NCBI GenBank assembly: GCA_040954595.2
Contig: CM082588.2
Span: 6,150,202 to 6,214,201 of the forward strand
From: Balanoglossus misakiensis
Taxonomy: Eukaryota; Animalia; Hemichordata
Length of the DNA stretch: 64,000 nucleotides
Direction: 5' to 3'
In this document: one piece after another, positions 1 to 11,903 of the stretch
Layout: each line of letters starts with the position of its first letter
Position numbering within the stretch: the first letter of the stretch is position 1
Position numbers and translations under genes: made by a program
Notes under the pieces: model-generated
What the model was told of the DNA's origin: nothing
The model's database searches: none
What the model saw: the letters and a program-made list of their open reading frames with translations, nothing else

Positions 1-43
1 ACCTCTGACTTCATTTTACATGAAAATCATTTCTATTAGTTAC

Positions 44-589
44 CTTCACAGGGAAATAATCCGAATACGCCATTTCGTTGTGAGGTTCGATGGTGAATTC
101 GGGCGGGTCGTTGCTGGCCGTCAGGACATCTTGGGCCACATGGTGTCTGACGGCTGTTCCCCCTTCATATCCGAGCTGTGTATAGCCAAGGCCTTGCATG
201 AACTGTGAGAATTCGCTGCCATTACTTTGTAGTGGTACACCACGGAATAGCAGGGCGCCGTAGACGTGCAACTCGCGGTCGATGATTTCCCGAGCTTCTT
301 TTGCGTACTCACTGATTGATGTTGCGCCTTTCGCGGGAGAAATTGCGCTGTACATCGCCGGGGCGTTGTCGGTCGGACTGGCTATGTATTCAGGAAACTT
401 ACTTCCCGGAGATAACGCCCCGGGGAGCCACTTTCGCCCCAATAACAGCGCCGATGTCTGGGCTGGTATCTCAACTCTGAGCTTGTAGTTGAATTTCGTT
501 CCGTGCCTTGTGCTGGTAGAAAACGAAGTGGCTCTTTCTACCGATGGCATCATCACAGCCCTCCGGAGGATGACCGAAACAAATCGCAT
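44..589 (-). CDS. First coding exon of a TauD/TfdA-family Fe(II)/2-oxoglutarate dioxygenase (DdaC/SyrP-like); the gene continues beyond the left edge
   Basis: Within ORF 11..778, the likely start is ATG at 589 (MRFVSVILRRAVMMPSVERATSFSTSTRHG..., Arg/Ser-rich, transit-peptide-like). It contains the family-typical 'YGALLFRG' and 'LTASNDPPEFTIEPHNEMAY' (HxE iron-ligand motif). The exon ends at AAG|GTAACT, phase 0 (182 codons). Confidence 0.85.
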
Positions 590-1747
590 TGCGTCACTGG
601 AAGATGAGGGAAACAAAACAACAGTCACAAAAAGAGCAAGACTTTTTTTTGGGGGGGGGGGGTTACGTGTTCGTCGTAAGCCGTCCCGTGATCGACTGAC
701 ACAGCCTTCTTCGTCAATACTGGATAAAGTACGGTAGCGATGACGTAGGCCTATGTACGCCCAATGGCATTGCATCACCTAGCTGTGAAGTCGCAGCTCA
801 GAGGCGGCGTGTTAGGCCTATATTCCTATCATTCTGATTATCATCATAAATTTGCATCTAGCATTTCTTCTAGCGGCCCAATAGGCTTAATAAGGGACCC
901 ACACCGACTCGGCGGTGACCGTGCTTTCAAGGGAACGAATCCAAAGGTTCTATTTGAATTATCTATCGTGCCATTCACGATTATCGTGTTTCACGTCGAC
1001 CGAGATTCAACAACAAAAAGGCTGTGACGGTTACCAAGGCCACGTTGATTACAGAGTAAATGTATTTGAGAATTTGTCAAAGTATTTGCCATTCTAGGTA
1101 TAGGCGCACGCGTACGACGAGATCTTCGAATTTGCGCGTTGTCATCTTCCCAATTACGATTGCACTGAGAAATGATATATTTTGCGAAACAGCAAACGAA
1201 CCGCGTATGTTTGGATTCTCATTTTTTGTAAGTGCTATACAAATTCCTGGTGTATAAAGACCGTGGATGATACATATTTTTTAAACCTGATGATTCATCA
1301 GTTTTGAGTCGCCGGACGGGCATAAGTCAATGTTAGCAAACACTTTCAGAGACGTTTATAAAGCATAGTGGCCACTCAATTTTATTCTACCATTCATGGA
1401 TTTAGTTTCTTTTGAATGACTTTATAACGTGCCAAATCTCATACAAATGACAACAGCAAAAGTGGATTTTCTCATGGAAAAAAAAGATAAGTGCTGGATA
1501 AACGGGATAAGTGGAAGAAGGGAAGCGCCCTCAGACGTTTTACAGCCTCTTTCGCTAACTAACATTTCAACACTTTGTGAAATAAAGAAAGGGTCGTTAT
1601 ATACGTTATTTAAGCGGAAATTCATACAAATCCTGGCAAGAAACAGAACATTTTGACGAGAACTGTGTTTATTTTTGTTTTGTGCTGAAATATACGAGTT
1701 ATGTTTATACCATACTTTGGCCAGTCTGTCCTGATACAAAATCCAAG

Positions 1748-4022
1748 ATGGCGGTCGAGCAGAACAGGACGAAGAAGATCTGGGTCGTATCAAATCGACT
1801 CGATCTAGGAGGTAAAACCCCTGCAAATCTCGATTTTAAGATCTTCATTGTGTGTAATAACATTCCAGTGGCATTTCTATGCAGCAAAGGTTGAAACAGT
1901 TTACATGTAGAACGTGTAAACAGCTGGAGTGGACGTCGTGCACGGTTGGATCAAAACATAAACAAACCAGTGGGCAAAAATGTACTAATCTATTACATGT
2001 ACTGTCAGTGAGAATTCACCAGCCCTCAGCCTCATCAGTCGCATAGACAGGCAAAGGCTTGAGCATACCACAACGAAATAAACCATTATGGTGTCGCCTA
2101 TGTATACGTTAACATCAATAGAGAATGAAAAGGCACCCCATGGAGACCAGGAGAACATTATACATAGCGATGTCTCTTTTCATGGGAAATGGACATCATG
2201 TCATGTACATAATGATACAGATGTGTTAAGAAAGTCGAGGCAGGGCAACCCTACCTTGGCTGTCATTTTAAGAATAAGATCATTGTCTTTCACAATTGAC
2301 AAAGCAATATACAGTCGTTTTGATAACGTCCAGTTTGAACTGGCCTGATAGATCATAATATTGACATATATATTCAGTAGTCAAGTGATATTTACAAAGC
2401 AAATCTTTCTATTGTTGCAGAAAAAGCAGACCCAGAACACACACCACCAATTTCGATGACAATAGAAGAAGATTTAGAATCTGACAGTGTCCAACAAGTC
2501 TTCAGAGACACCTTGGCCCTTACAGATGACACCTTGATACTTAAAGTGAGTACACAGACTGTTATTAATTATTACGACACAATATATAAACATGTTTACC
2601 AAATCAGGAAGTAAAAGAAAGTGTAAAAACCAGCAATGTTTATTAATATGCAGATTAGTAATAACGCTGTCATAGGTTCCAGCAATGAATTTAGCAATGA
2701 AAGAGTTTTATTTTCCTTTGACGACAAACTGATTGTGTATTGGGGAAGGGGAGAGAATTCTTTTTTATATGGTCTAATGTATTCCTGTCTTTACTCTCAA
2801 CAGCTTCGAAACAACAGAGGTTCCCTGATCCCGATCAATTGTCATATACAAGCTAACTCCAAACTAGTGTAAGTAAACAATGTTGATGTTCTGTATTTTA
2901 TTTCATAACTACATGTAGTTCATCTCTTGAATACATGCACTTGACATTCACGTTTGAACAGACATATTTATTGCTTCTGTGATTTTTTATGACAGACCTT
3001 ACATCATTGAAGTTGTCAAGAGATATCAAAATGGTATGTACCGGTACCACATGTATGTTTACTCTCATAGGAATTCAGTGACACTGTTATCAGTTGAAAT
3101 TAATATGTTTACACCATTTTTAGCTAAACTTTTGGGGGAAAGAAAGTTCTTGTTGATGAGGTCAGAGTGTAGGACATATTTGACGAATGAAAACATGACC
3201 AACACAATCAATAAAAGTTTAATTACCGTTTGTCTCTTCCAGTCAAACCACAACCCAAAACAGTACAGATGCCCAACTACAACGAAACCATGTCTAGCAA
3301 ACTTTCCAACATCATGAAAAGGGTAAGTTGCATTTTCCTACTATTATATGTGTTGTGGTTTCAGAGTTTTTATGTTTGTGATCAGACACTATGATGTAGA
3401 TACTGATTGCTCACGTCAAAATGCCCATCTGATCTCAGCATGTGACTGTGTATATTGTTTCTAAATGCCATTGACATTTGGGTATTTCTCTCACAGATTG
3501 ATAAAATGGAGGAGATGTGCCCACAGCTGCGCAACAAGAGAAATGATAAAATCAAACAGGTAGGATATGAGAGTAAAAATTCCACCAAAATGAATAAATG
3601 GTAGAGACCGTTTATTAATTTTGGCGAGTTTTTTTCACTCTTTTGTGTTTACAAGTGGGATGGAAGTTGTGTGTGGTCGAATGTTGATTCACTATATATC
3701 CACATATGTAGAATAACAAAAACAGTGTCTTGTATCAAACATAATTACATGTAATGGAAAAAGGGCAGAAAGAGCGAGAGACTTTGTCCCTTTAAGTTAT
3801 AGGGCACGGGTTGGGTTGGGTTGGGGTAAAGATACGTGTATGGAAGTCCCCTACTCGTATATGCAGGTATGCTTGGCACCAATTGACACTTTGTTGTGGT
3901 TCCTTCCACCCCCACAGGAAATGGAAGAACTCACGGAGAAAATGCGGTTTATGAACCAACGAATGCAGCAGGCTGAAGCGCAGAAATGGAAAGGAATGTT
4001 CAAAAAACACCCGCTATGGTGA
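1748..4022 (+). CDS. Uncharacterised 179-aa protein, 7 coding exons, predicted C-terminal coiled coil ending in WKGMFKKHPLW
   Basis: Exons 1748-1811, 2421-2545, 2804-2868, 2996-3033, 3243-3322, 3497-3559, 3918-4022. All introns are GT-AG and the phases chain without stops (540 nt including TGA). Start context CAAGATGGCG. Protein: MAVEQNRTKKIWVVSNRLDLGEKADPEHTPPISMTIEEDLESDSVQQVFRDTLALTDDTLILKLRNNRGSLIPINCHIQANSKLVPYIIEVVKRYQNVKPQPKTVQMPNYNETMSSKLSNIMKRIDKMEEMCPQLRNKRNDKIKQEMEELTEKMRFMNQRMQQAEAQKWKGMFKKHPLW. Confidence 0.85.
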
Positions 4023-5043
4023 CAGCGTTTTGAATCAACAGACGAAGGAATTTCCTCAATCACGTGAAAATTATAACCTTCTACAGTGGCTTGTTTGTGT
4101 CAAAGCTCTTACTGTTTTCTTTTGAAAGTCTAACATTCGCTGAAATATGAAATAATTTTGTCACCAATAAGTTCTCCGGAGAGTGGCTTAAGAATTTGTC
4201 TCTGTTAAATTGTACCTGTCTGAACGAAATGTCCAAGTACATTGAAGAAAAGGAGCATAAAATATAGCTATGTTCAAATATTTTCAAATAATTTAATGTA
4301 AAAATGACAATCATTTCAATGGAGTGAAAAAAGTATGGACTCACAGTATAGTTTTTTTTTTTTTTTGGGGGGGGGTCATCATAAGTGTAATATATTAATC
4401 ACTGGAGTTGAAATGTATCTACAGACATGATGAGTTGTAATTGGGAAGATGAGAGGGGTGTCTTTGATGTTCACTTACCTATTCAGAAGTACCCTCCATC
4501 ACGGCAGTATATTGATCCAGCCCATTTCTGTTCCATTGGGCACTTGGATCCTTGTACTGTGAATTAGGGGTGAGAGAGTGGCATGTACCAATCATTGTAC
4601 ACCACACTTGTGAGACTGTGCAATACATACTGGATATAATCTGTGTTTTATTTAATATGTGTATATTTGATGTGAGTTAAATTGTGAATTAACACAGGAA
4701 AGACTGGAAAATTTATTTAATTTCAATTTATTATATTTTTAATAGACATTAGAAAGTTATTTATATATAATGTTTTTAGTGCTTTGTGCTCTGACCCCTA
4801 GTGATCTTTGTAATCTAAAGTATTACGCTGTTAGAGTGGTCTAGCTTACACTCGCTGTGTGTGTAGAAATAGTGCAAGTAAACCGTCCAACACTCTTGAA
4901 GAAATACCATACTTTATGTAAAGCCGCGAGACATGTTTTAGTGAAAGAAAAGTGTATGTATGTCAATTTTCGAATTTTGTTTTCTTTTTGTTATATCTTA
5001 GCCAATTATTTATGTGTACATTTATTTGTGGACTTAAAAATAT

Positions 5044-5049
5044 AATAAA
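5044..5049 (+). terminator. Candidate polyadenylation signal of the 179-aa gene
   Basis: AATAAA ends an ~1 kb AT-rich 3'UTR-like stretch. TGTA elements lie upstream and a GT-rich tract (gttgttggtattcttgtcagttgt) ~20-45 nt downstream. Confidence 0.6.
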
Positions 5050-5371
5050 AATCGTAATGACTCAATCCCGTTGTTGGTATTCTTGTCAGTTGTAAACCAT
5101 AAGACAATGTATACACATTTATGACCTAAAATTCATTTCATATCTGCATTTGTTTTGGAAGACATATTGTCACGCACTGTCACGTTTTTGCCCATTATCA
5201 CCCATGAGGGCGCGATGCATGACCCCTGACCCCAAAATTCCGTAGTCCAACGTGCACGAGATTCGGTGATGAAGGTTCCCCAAGAATACTGGAAAACCAG
5301 GAGGAGAATTGACAGCAAAGTGCGGATATATTGAACATCGACCATTTTCATGATCAAAAGAGGGGGAAATT

Positions 5372-8300
5372 ATGCGGAAAGGCCGGACGAGCAGGCACAG
5401 ACGGAGGAAATCCGACGACGTTGCCCGTAAGTAAACAAGTGTCATGGCGGCCAGCACGTGTTATTGATATGGAAATGATGGAGCAGGTATCTGATCTATA
5501 GATGAACCCAGCCTCATCTCCGGTCGGGTGGCAGGCAGTGCGATGATGCCGATATCTGCACCTACAACTACAAAGCAGTCCTGTCATGTGTGTGTTGGGA
5601 TTTGGACGGCAAAACCGGTGTTTTGACGTCCAACCTTAGCAAGTTTGATGCAAACATACTTGATGAAGTTGATCTAACGCTTGTTCGTTTCACATAGACG
5701 ACAATGGTAACGTTGAGCTAAATACCCCCATTTTATAACGTTCAGAGAGCCAAATCGCACTAAATGGAGTCAGACAGCCTCTGTTTGTATACAGGCAGAA
5801 TTTTCGTGGAGTAAAGGCCATTGATTTTGGGGGGAGAGGTCAAAATAGCGCCCCCAGTGGGCTATGATAAAATTCATGCCACACAGTGTACATGTACATT
5901 GCATTACTCGGCTGTGTACAAAAGTTTTTTAAACATTACATCACAACCTTGATCCGAGCTGGTTAACTTATGAAATGAAAATGCCCCACCAATACCAAGT
6001 ACAAAGATTCTTACCTTAATTTCCTTTCACAGGATCTCTTGGTAGTGATGCTGAGTTCATCAATCTGTTGAAATGGATGAAGAACAATGGTTTCAAGGGT
6101 ACTTTTCTTACTCCAGCAAATTTCAAAGGTTAGTAGATATCTCATGATGTTTGCACTTTTAACTTTTTGACATTAGAACAATCAGTGCCTATTTAATACT
6201 GCCAATCATGTCATGTTGCAGGCAATGATGTAGATTGTAGATGTCATTCTGTATAACAGTAGGAATACTGAAGCACAAAGTGAATAAATCCTCTACATGT
6301 AGGTTTCGTTTATAAAGGTACATGTACATGAACATGATTATACATGACCAGTATTCCAAATCAAGGTATTCATAAAGCTATGCAGAGTAGAACAAGAAAC
6401 TTGAGTTGATTTGTGAGAAAAATAACCCCTCCCCAAGTAGCCAAAAGTTTGCTTTTATTGGTGCTTCATGTTATATTGAAACAGATATTTCTCTGTTATT
6501 TTAAACAGAAACTGGACGAGGTCTGATGGCCACAAATTCAGTCAAGGTATGTATAGAACTTGTCTCATTCGTTACACTGATTTTGATAATACATTTGATC
6601 TTGAGAAACAGTTGTATACTGTATATTAGGTTTCCTTCTTTGTAGATTCTTTGTTAGTTGTATAAACATTAATGACACAGCAAGATATCTACCAGTGTTA
6701 CTATGGAAACTGATAGCTGCTGATAGGAATGAGAATAGTAGATAATATCGGTTTCCGGGTAAATTTGTCATTCAATTATCTAATTTGATGAGATTACTCC
6801 ATTTCTTTCAGAAAGGAGATCAGCTGATTGCCATCCCAGAGAATTTACTGATCACAACACAGACAGTTTTGAATAGTTACCTGGCACCCGTCATCAGAAG
6901 GTGAGTGACTTCTACCTTTTATTGGTTATATGAGAGACACCCCCACAGTTACAGAATAACCAGTGATGTCTAATACCAACTGAAACAGTGGTAATCCTGG
7001 GGTTGTGACACTTGAAATTGTATCTGTTCCTCGGTATCATGCAGTTGTAGTGTGTGTACCCGAAACATTAAAACAAGACACAACCCCAGATTAAGAGCTG
7101 AGAAGCCAGTCTTGATATTAGATTAATATTCAAAGCCTTGTATACAGAAAGACACTATAATACATCAATAACACAAAACTAACTCATTGGTAGAGTACTG
7201 CTTGTTGTTGAAGTAAAAATGTGTTTTATGCTTTTTTTTCTTCACAGGCAGTCTCTGCGATTGTCTCCTGCTCAAGTGTTATGCACATTTCTCATTTGTG
7301 AGCGTCACAGACAACATCTGTCCTTCTGGCACCGTTACATACTCACCCTTCCCAAAGACTTCACAACTCCTGTGTACTTCGAAGACGAAGACCTGCAATT
7401 GCTGCCACACGCGATACAGACTAGAGCGTTCCACGAGAAAGAAAAAGTGATCCAGGCGTACAGAGAGATGGAAGCTTTCTTAGTGAATGTGCAGACTCGC
7501 TTTACAGAATTCAAAGGGATATTTACATTTGAGGCGTTCCGCTGGGCCTGGTGTGTTGTCAATACACGCACTGTTTACATGGAGCAGAAAAAGTCGCTGT
7601 GTCTGTCGGAAGATGTTGACCACTATGCTTTGGCGCCAATGTTGGACATGTTGAACCACACGTACTCAGTGGAGGTAAGAAGTAATTCACAATCTGTAGT
7701 ATTTGACAAGAGCATTCTGGGAACAATTTAAGTTTCTTACTCTAATATTTCCTGTGTGTCGTCTTTTCTCAATCTGTTTTTATCATAAATTGTAGTTCCT
7801 TTGTCTACAGCAAGTCAATTTGTATTCAGAAGGTCACATTCTCGAACTCGGGGAAAATCTGCAATTTTGTAAACACCCTTTGTGCATTTTCTTATAATAT
7901 GTCATTTTATGAATTTCAGGTCCACGCCGGCTTCGACACAATCACAAGATGCTATGAAATTTACACTCGGAGTCCATGTAAGAAGTATGATCAGGTCTTC
8001 ATTCATTACGGTCCCCATGACAACATCAAGCTCTTTCTGGAGTATGGCTTTCTGCTGCCTAAGAATGACCAGAACTATGTTGATATACAACTTGGTGAGT
8101 GTACATGCAGTTACATGTATAGAATTGACAGTATTAGAAATCAGTTTTCAGTCTTTTGTGATATACATGTAGTTTATTCGGTTCACAATTATGTGACTTT
8201 GTTCATAGCATTATAGAATGTACATGTACCTCAGCTATTGTCATAGACAATATTTTGCATCAGTGCTGTACTAGATTGGCTTAGAGGGTGAACTAGCCAA

Positions 8301-8797
8301 AATATTGGATTATTGTAGCGAGCTATTCACATTGATTCTTTTGTTGAGGGCAAAACACAGGAAAGGCTGTTTATTTTCAGCATACAAATTAACAACTGTC
8401 ACACTTGAAAGTTGATTGTGTGCACTGATATTATGAAAACTGCATTTTCATGACAGAACCCCTGTTTAGGTCTCAATCAAGCTCCTCCAGCACTTCCCCC
8501 AGACTTACCTTTTTTCGGCGCGATAGTTCTGCCAAGTACTATACCGTACTTGACCATGATGTTTTCTTCACAGGTCCAATTCTGGACTGCGTGACTTACC
8601 TGCACCGTACCAAACAAGACAGATATTTTCTTGACTGGAAGATTTCGGTTTTGAAGTCCAATGACAGTTTCACCAATTTGACCTGCAGCTTGGACGGGGT
8701 GTCATGGAAACTGATGACAGTGATGCAGATTTTATGCTTGCAACAGGAAGAAAAGTGAGTGTCCTTTGTAGTTATGTTTTTGCAATCTGTATTTACA

Positions 8798-8834
<37 letters not shown>

Positions 8835-9459
8835 ATGTATGTATGTATGTATGTGTGTATGTATGTATGTATGTATGTATGTATGTATGTATGGCAGAAT
8901 TTTGTTCAAGACAAGAACACATAATTCATTCTCAGCATTAATATTTAATATTTCAGATCCAACTGGAAGTCCATCCTTCTCGGTCAGTTTCCTTGCAGCA
9001 GAAGTTGTGCAAAGATGGCCGTTCATTTATTGAAGAGAATTCTGACGAATGAAGTGCAGAGCATGGAATCCTTGTGTAAGGTGTGTATCACAATCCACGC
9101 ATTAGTTGTCTCAGTGCACTGGGGCCTTCTACTGCTGTTTAGACCATGTCAGTTTTTGTAAGCTTTATTTCTCAGTAGATTCATAGCATTATTACAACTT
9201 ACATACTGTAGGCCATTAAAAAGAAGTGGTCATATTGATGGCAAAGTACTGGTACTAATTTCAGCGACTACAATATAGTTCTACGTGGACGCGTTCCTGC
9301 ATGGTTGTCTTCAAATCCTGACGTCTTATTCAAACCACTGTGTATTTCCAGGTCCCGGAATCTCTCTTGGCAACATTCCATGGGCACATCATCCAACAGA
9401 TTCGGAATGAAGCGCAGGAGATTCTGGAAAGGAGTCTGGCATTGTTGGAGTCCGGATGA
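5372..9459 (+). CDS. SETD4: SET domain-containing protein 4 (protein-lysine methyltransferase), 9 coding exons, 430 aa
   Basis: Exons 5372-5426, 6033-6128, 6509-6546, 6812-6900, 7248-7674, 7920-8094, 8574-8754, 8957-9080, 9352-9459 (1293 nt, all GT-AG, frame intact). The motifs [63 protein letters not shown] and DGVSWKLMT match human SETD4 as recalled (MQKGKGRTSRIRRRK, GTGRGLMS, WAWCTVNTRAVY, ALAPYLDLLNH, YGPHDNQRLFLEYGF, DGPSWRLLT). Confidence 0.95.
8797..8892. repeat. Compound microsatellite (GT)n-(GTAT)n in SETD4 intron 7
   Basis: Directly visible tgtgtg...gtatgtatgtat run. It explains the low-complexity ORFs 8596-9033. Confidence 0.95.
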
Positions 9460-9548
9460 AGAACCCTGTTGTCTCCGGAGTTAACCTGATGCCATTAAAA
9501 GATGCCATTACCTCCAGATCATGGTGAAACCAGCCTATTGCTCAGATG

Positions 9549-9800
9549 ATGGTTTAAAGAATGCAAGACTGCTGTCCAGGTACGACAGAATCAATCTCAA
9601 TCTGACACACGCAAACACACACACACAAACACTGCCTCCCACATCCCTTCCTTTATTTCGCTATCATTAACACAACTGGCGTCGGCCCGATGCTTTGACG
9701 ATGGTTTATGGAATGCAAGACTGCTGTTCAGGTAAGACTGCATCAATCGACACACACACACACACACATACTGGCTCCCACATCCCTTTCTTTTCTTCAT
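9549..9800. repeat. Diverged ~150-bp-period direct duplication downstream of the SETD4 stop
   Basis: gatggttt..gaatgcaagactgctgt.caggta.gac...(CA)n...ctcccacatccctt occurs at ~9549 and ~9700. Confidence 0.8.
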
Positions 9801-10061
9801 CTCTTCTGTCTGTTTTCCACTATATGCCCAGGATATTCAGTTGCCCATGTGTTCGTTTTGGGATAAGCCCTTTTGTTCATTTTTGGATGAATGTGTAAGA
9901 GTAGTACATTGTCAGTAAAACTCGAATGAAATTGTTCATAGTAACCACACAGGGATATTTGTTCATAATCACAAGATAGGCATTCTATTAATGAAGTTAT
10001 ATAATAATTAGCGGTGAAAGTTCAATTCAAATAATACAGTAGAAAGGGGGCCTGTGTTTAT

Positions 10062-10470
10062 CAGATCAGATTTTTAAGTAGTTTTATGATTCACACAGAT
10101 GTCATTCATTTGTGGCTGTTCGATAACCTAGTAAACAAAACGGCCATGTGGTGGTGCTCTTTTTTGCATGGCCATCACTTGAAAATCTGTGATTGGCTGG
10201 ATCTCAATTTTTCATGGTAACCAGGGCTAATTTGCATTGGCGACCATACCAAAGTTCACAGTGGAGCAGATCAGATTTTTAAGTAGTTTTATGATTCACA
10301 CAGATGTCATTCATTTGTGGCTGTTCGATAACCTAGTAAACAAAACGGCCATGTGGTGGTGCTCTTTTTTGCATGGCCATCACTTGAAAATCTGTGATTG
10401 GCTGGATCTCAATTTTTCATGGTAACCAGGGCTAATTTGCATTGGCGACCATACCAAAGTTCACAGTGGA
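10062..10470. repeat. Perfect tandem duplication, 205-bp period
   Basis: cagatcagatttttaag...caaagttcacagtgga at 10062-10265 and 10267-10470, with no differences seen by eye. Confidence 0.95.
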
Positions 10471-10725
10471 CCTCATTCATTTTGGTGTTAAGTCCTGGTA
10501 GACGTTTTGCACTGGGGAGAGATTTGTGAAATGTTTTGAGTAGTCATGTGAAACTGAAACAATCGATGATGGATTTGCTCCTGCACTCTGGGTCTTGTGC
10601 AGTCGTGTAAAGGTGTGTCACCTTGTGATCGTATACTTACCACAGCGGGTACACTTTTACATGGGTGTAAATGATCTAATTATCAACAGAAACCGATACC
10701 TGGCCGTATGCCCAGAAGAGGCAAC

Positions 10726-11167
10726 GAAAAATATTCCAAGTTTTTTTTTCTGATTGCAAGTATAGAGTAGATCTTGAAAAATATTCTAAGTTTTTTTTTG
10801 AATGTATATATAGAGTAGATCTTGAAAAATATTCCAAGTTTTTTTTTCTGATTGCAAGTATAGAGTAGATCTTGAAAAATATTCTAAGTTTTTTTTTGAA
10901 TGTATATATAGAGTAGATCTTGAAAAATATTCCAAGTTTTTTTTTCTGATTGCAAGTATAGAGTAGATCTTGAAAAATATTCTAAGTTTTTTTTGAATGT
11001 ATATATAGAGTAGATCTTGAAAAATATTCCAAGTTTTTTTTCTGATTGCAAGTATAGAGTAGATCTTGAAAAATATTCTAAGTTATTTTTCTGATTGCAA
11101 GTATAGAGTAGATCTTGAAAAATATTCTAAGTTTTTTTTCTGATTGCAAGAAAAGAGTAGATCTCGA
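10726..11167. repeat. ~49-bp minisatellite array (~9 units, alternating A/B variants)
   Basis: Unit gaaaaatattc(c/t)aagttttttt(ctgattgcaag|gaatgtata)tatagagtagatctt. The array is flanked by a 48-bp direct repeat (10678-10725 and 11168-11215). Confidence 0.95.
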
Positions 11168-11629
11168 AATTATCAACAGAAACTGATACCTGGCCGTATG
11201 CCCAGAAGAGGCAACACTTCATTGTTACGAATACCAGAAGGCTATCTTACTGCCCTTTCCATGTTTCACAAATTTATCAATTCTTGGAAATTCATGAAAT
11301 GTTGAGAAAATTAACCTCCGCCAACTGTCAAAGAGATCAGCTGTTCTACTTAGTCTATGTACACCACTCATGCCATTGGTAACTTATGGGTCAGTCAGTG
11401 TTTGCCCGTTGATCTCTCTGTGTGTGTGTCTGTATGTATGAATTCCGGTTTAAACCTTTTCCTGTGTAATCCCTAAATTGGACCGGTGTCCCCGATTTAT
11501 GTTTGCATTCGGTTATAAAAAATGCTGCAATATGACGTCTTGCCAGTTGCAACTGTTGGGCCTTCTCTTATACATCGTACTCATCTTCACTCCAAACATA
11601 ACACCAAACACCATACTTTTCATTTTGTG

Positions 11630-11885
11630 AGTGTTTTCTTAATGAAATTAGAGTAATTCCTGAAAATGTTTTTTTAATGTGAGTATAGAGTAGATCCTGA
11701 AAAATGAGTATAGAGATAATCCTGAAATATATTCAAAGTTTTTCTAATGCGAGTATAGACTAAATCTCGAAAAATATTCTAAATTTTTTTTAATGCAAGT
11801 ATAGAGGAAAGCTTAAAAAAAAATTCCAAGTTTTTTTTTTTAAATGCAAGTATAGAGTAAATCTCGAAAAATATTCTAAGTGTTT
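11630..11885. repeat. Degenerate copies of the 47-49-bp satellite
   Basis: Recurring ...aatgc(a/g)agtatagagtaaatctcgaaaaatattctaa... units. Confidence 0.8.
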
Positions 11886-11903
11886 AATTTAACCCTGTAA
11901 AAC

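Noticed and set aside
590-778. N-terminal 63 codons of ORF 11..778
   Set aside because: The extension crosses T8/G12 homopolymers and looks like 5'UTR/promoter. ATG 589 gives a more plausible start.
8596-9033. HTYI/VCMY-repeat ORFs
   Set aside because: Produced by the (GTAT)n microsatellite.
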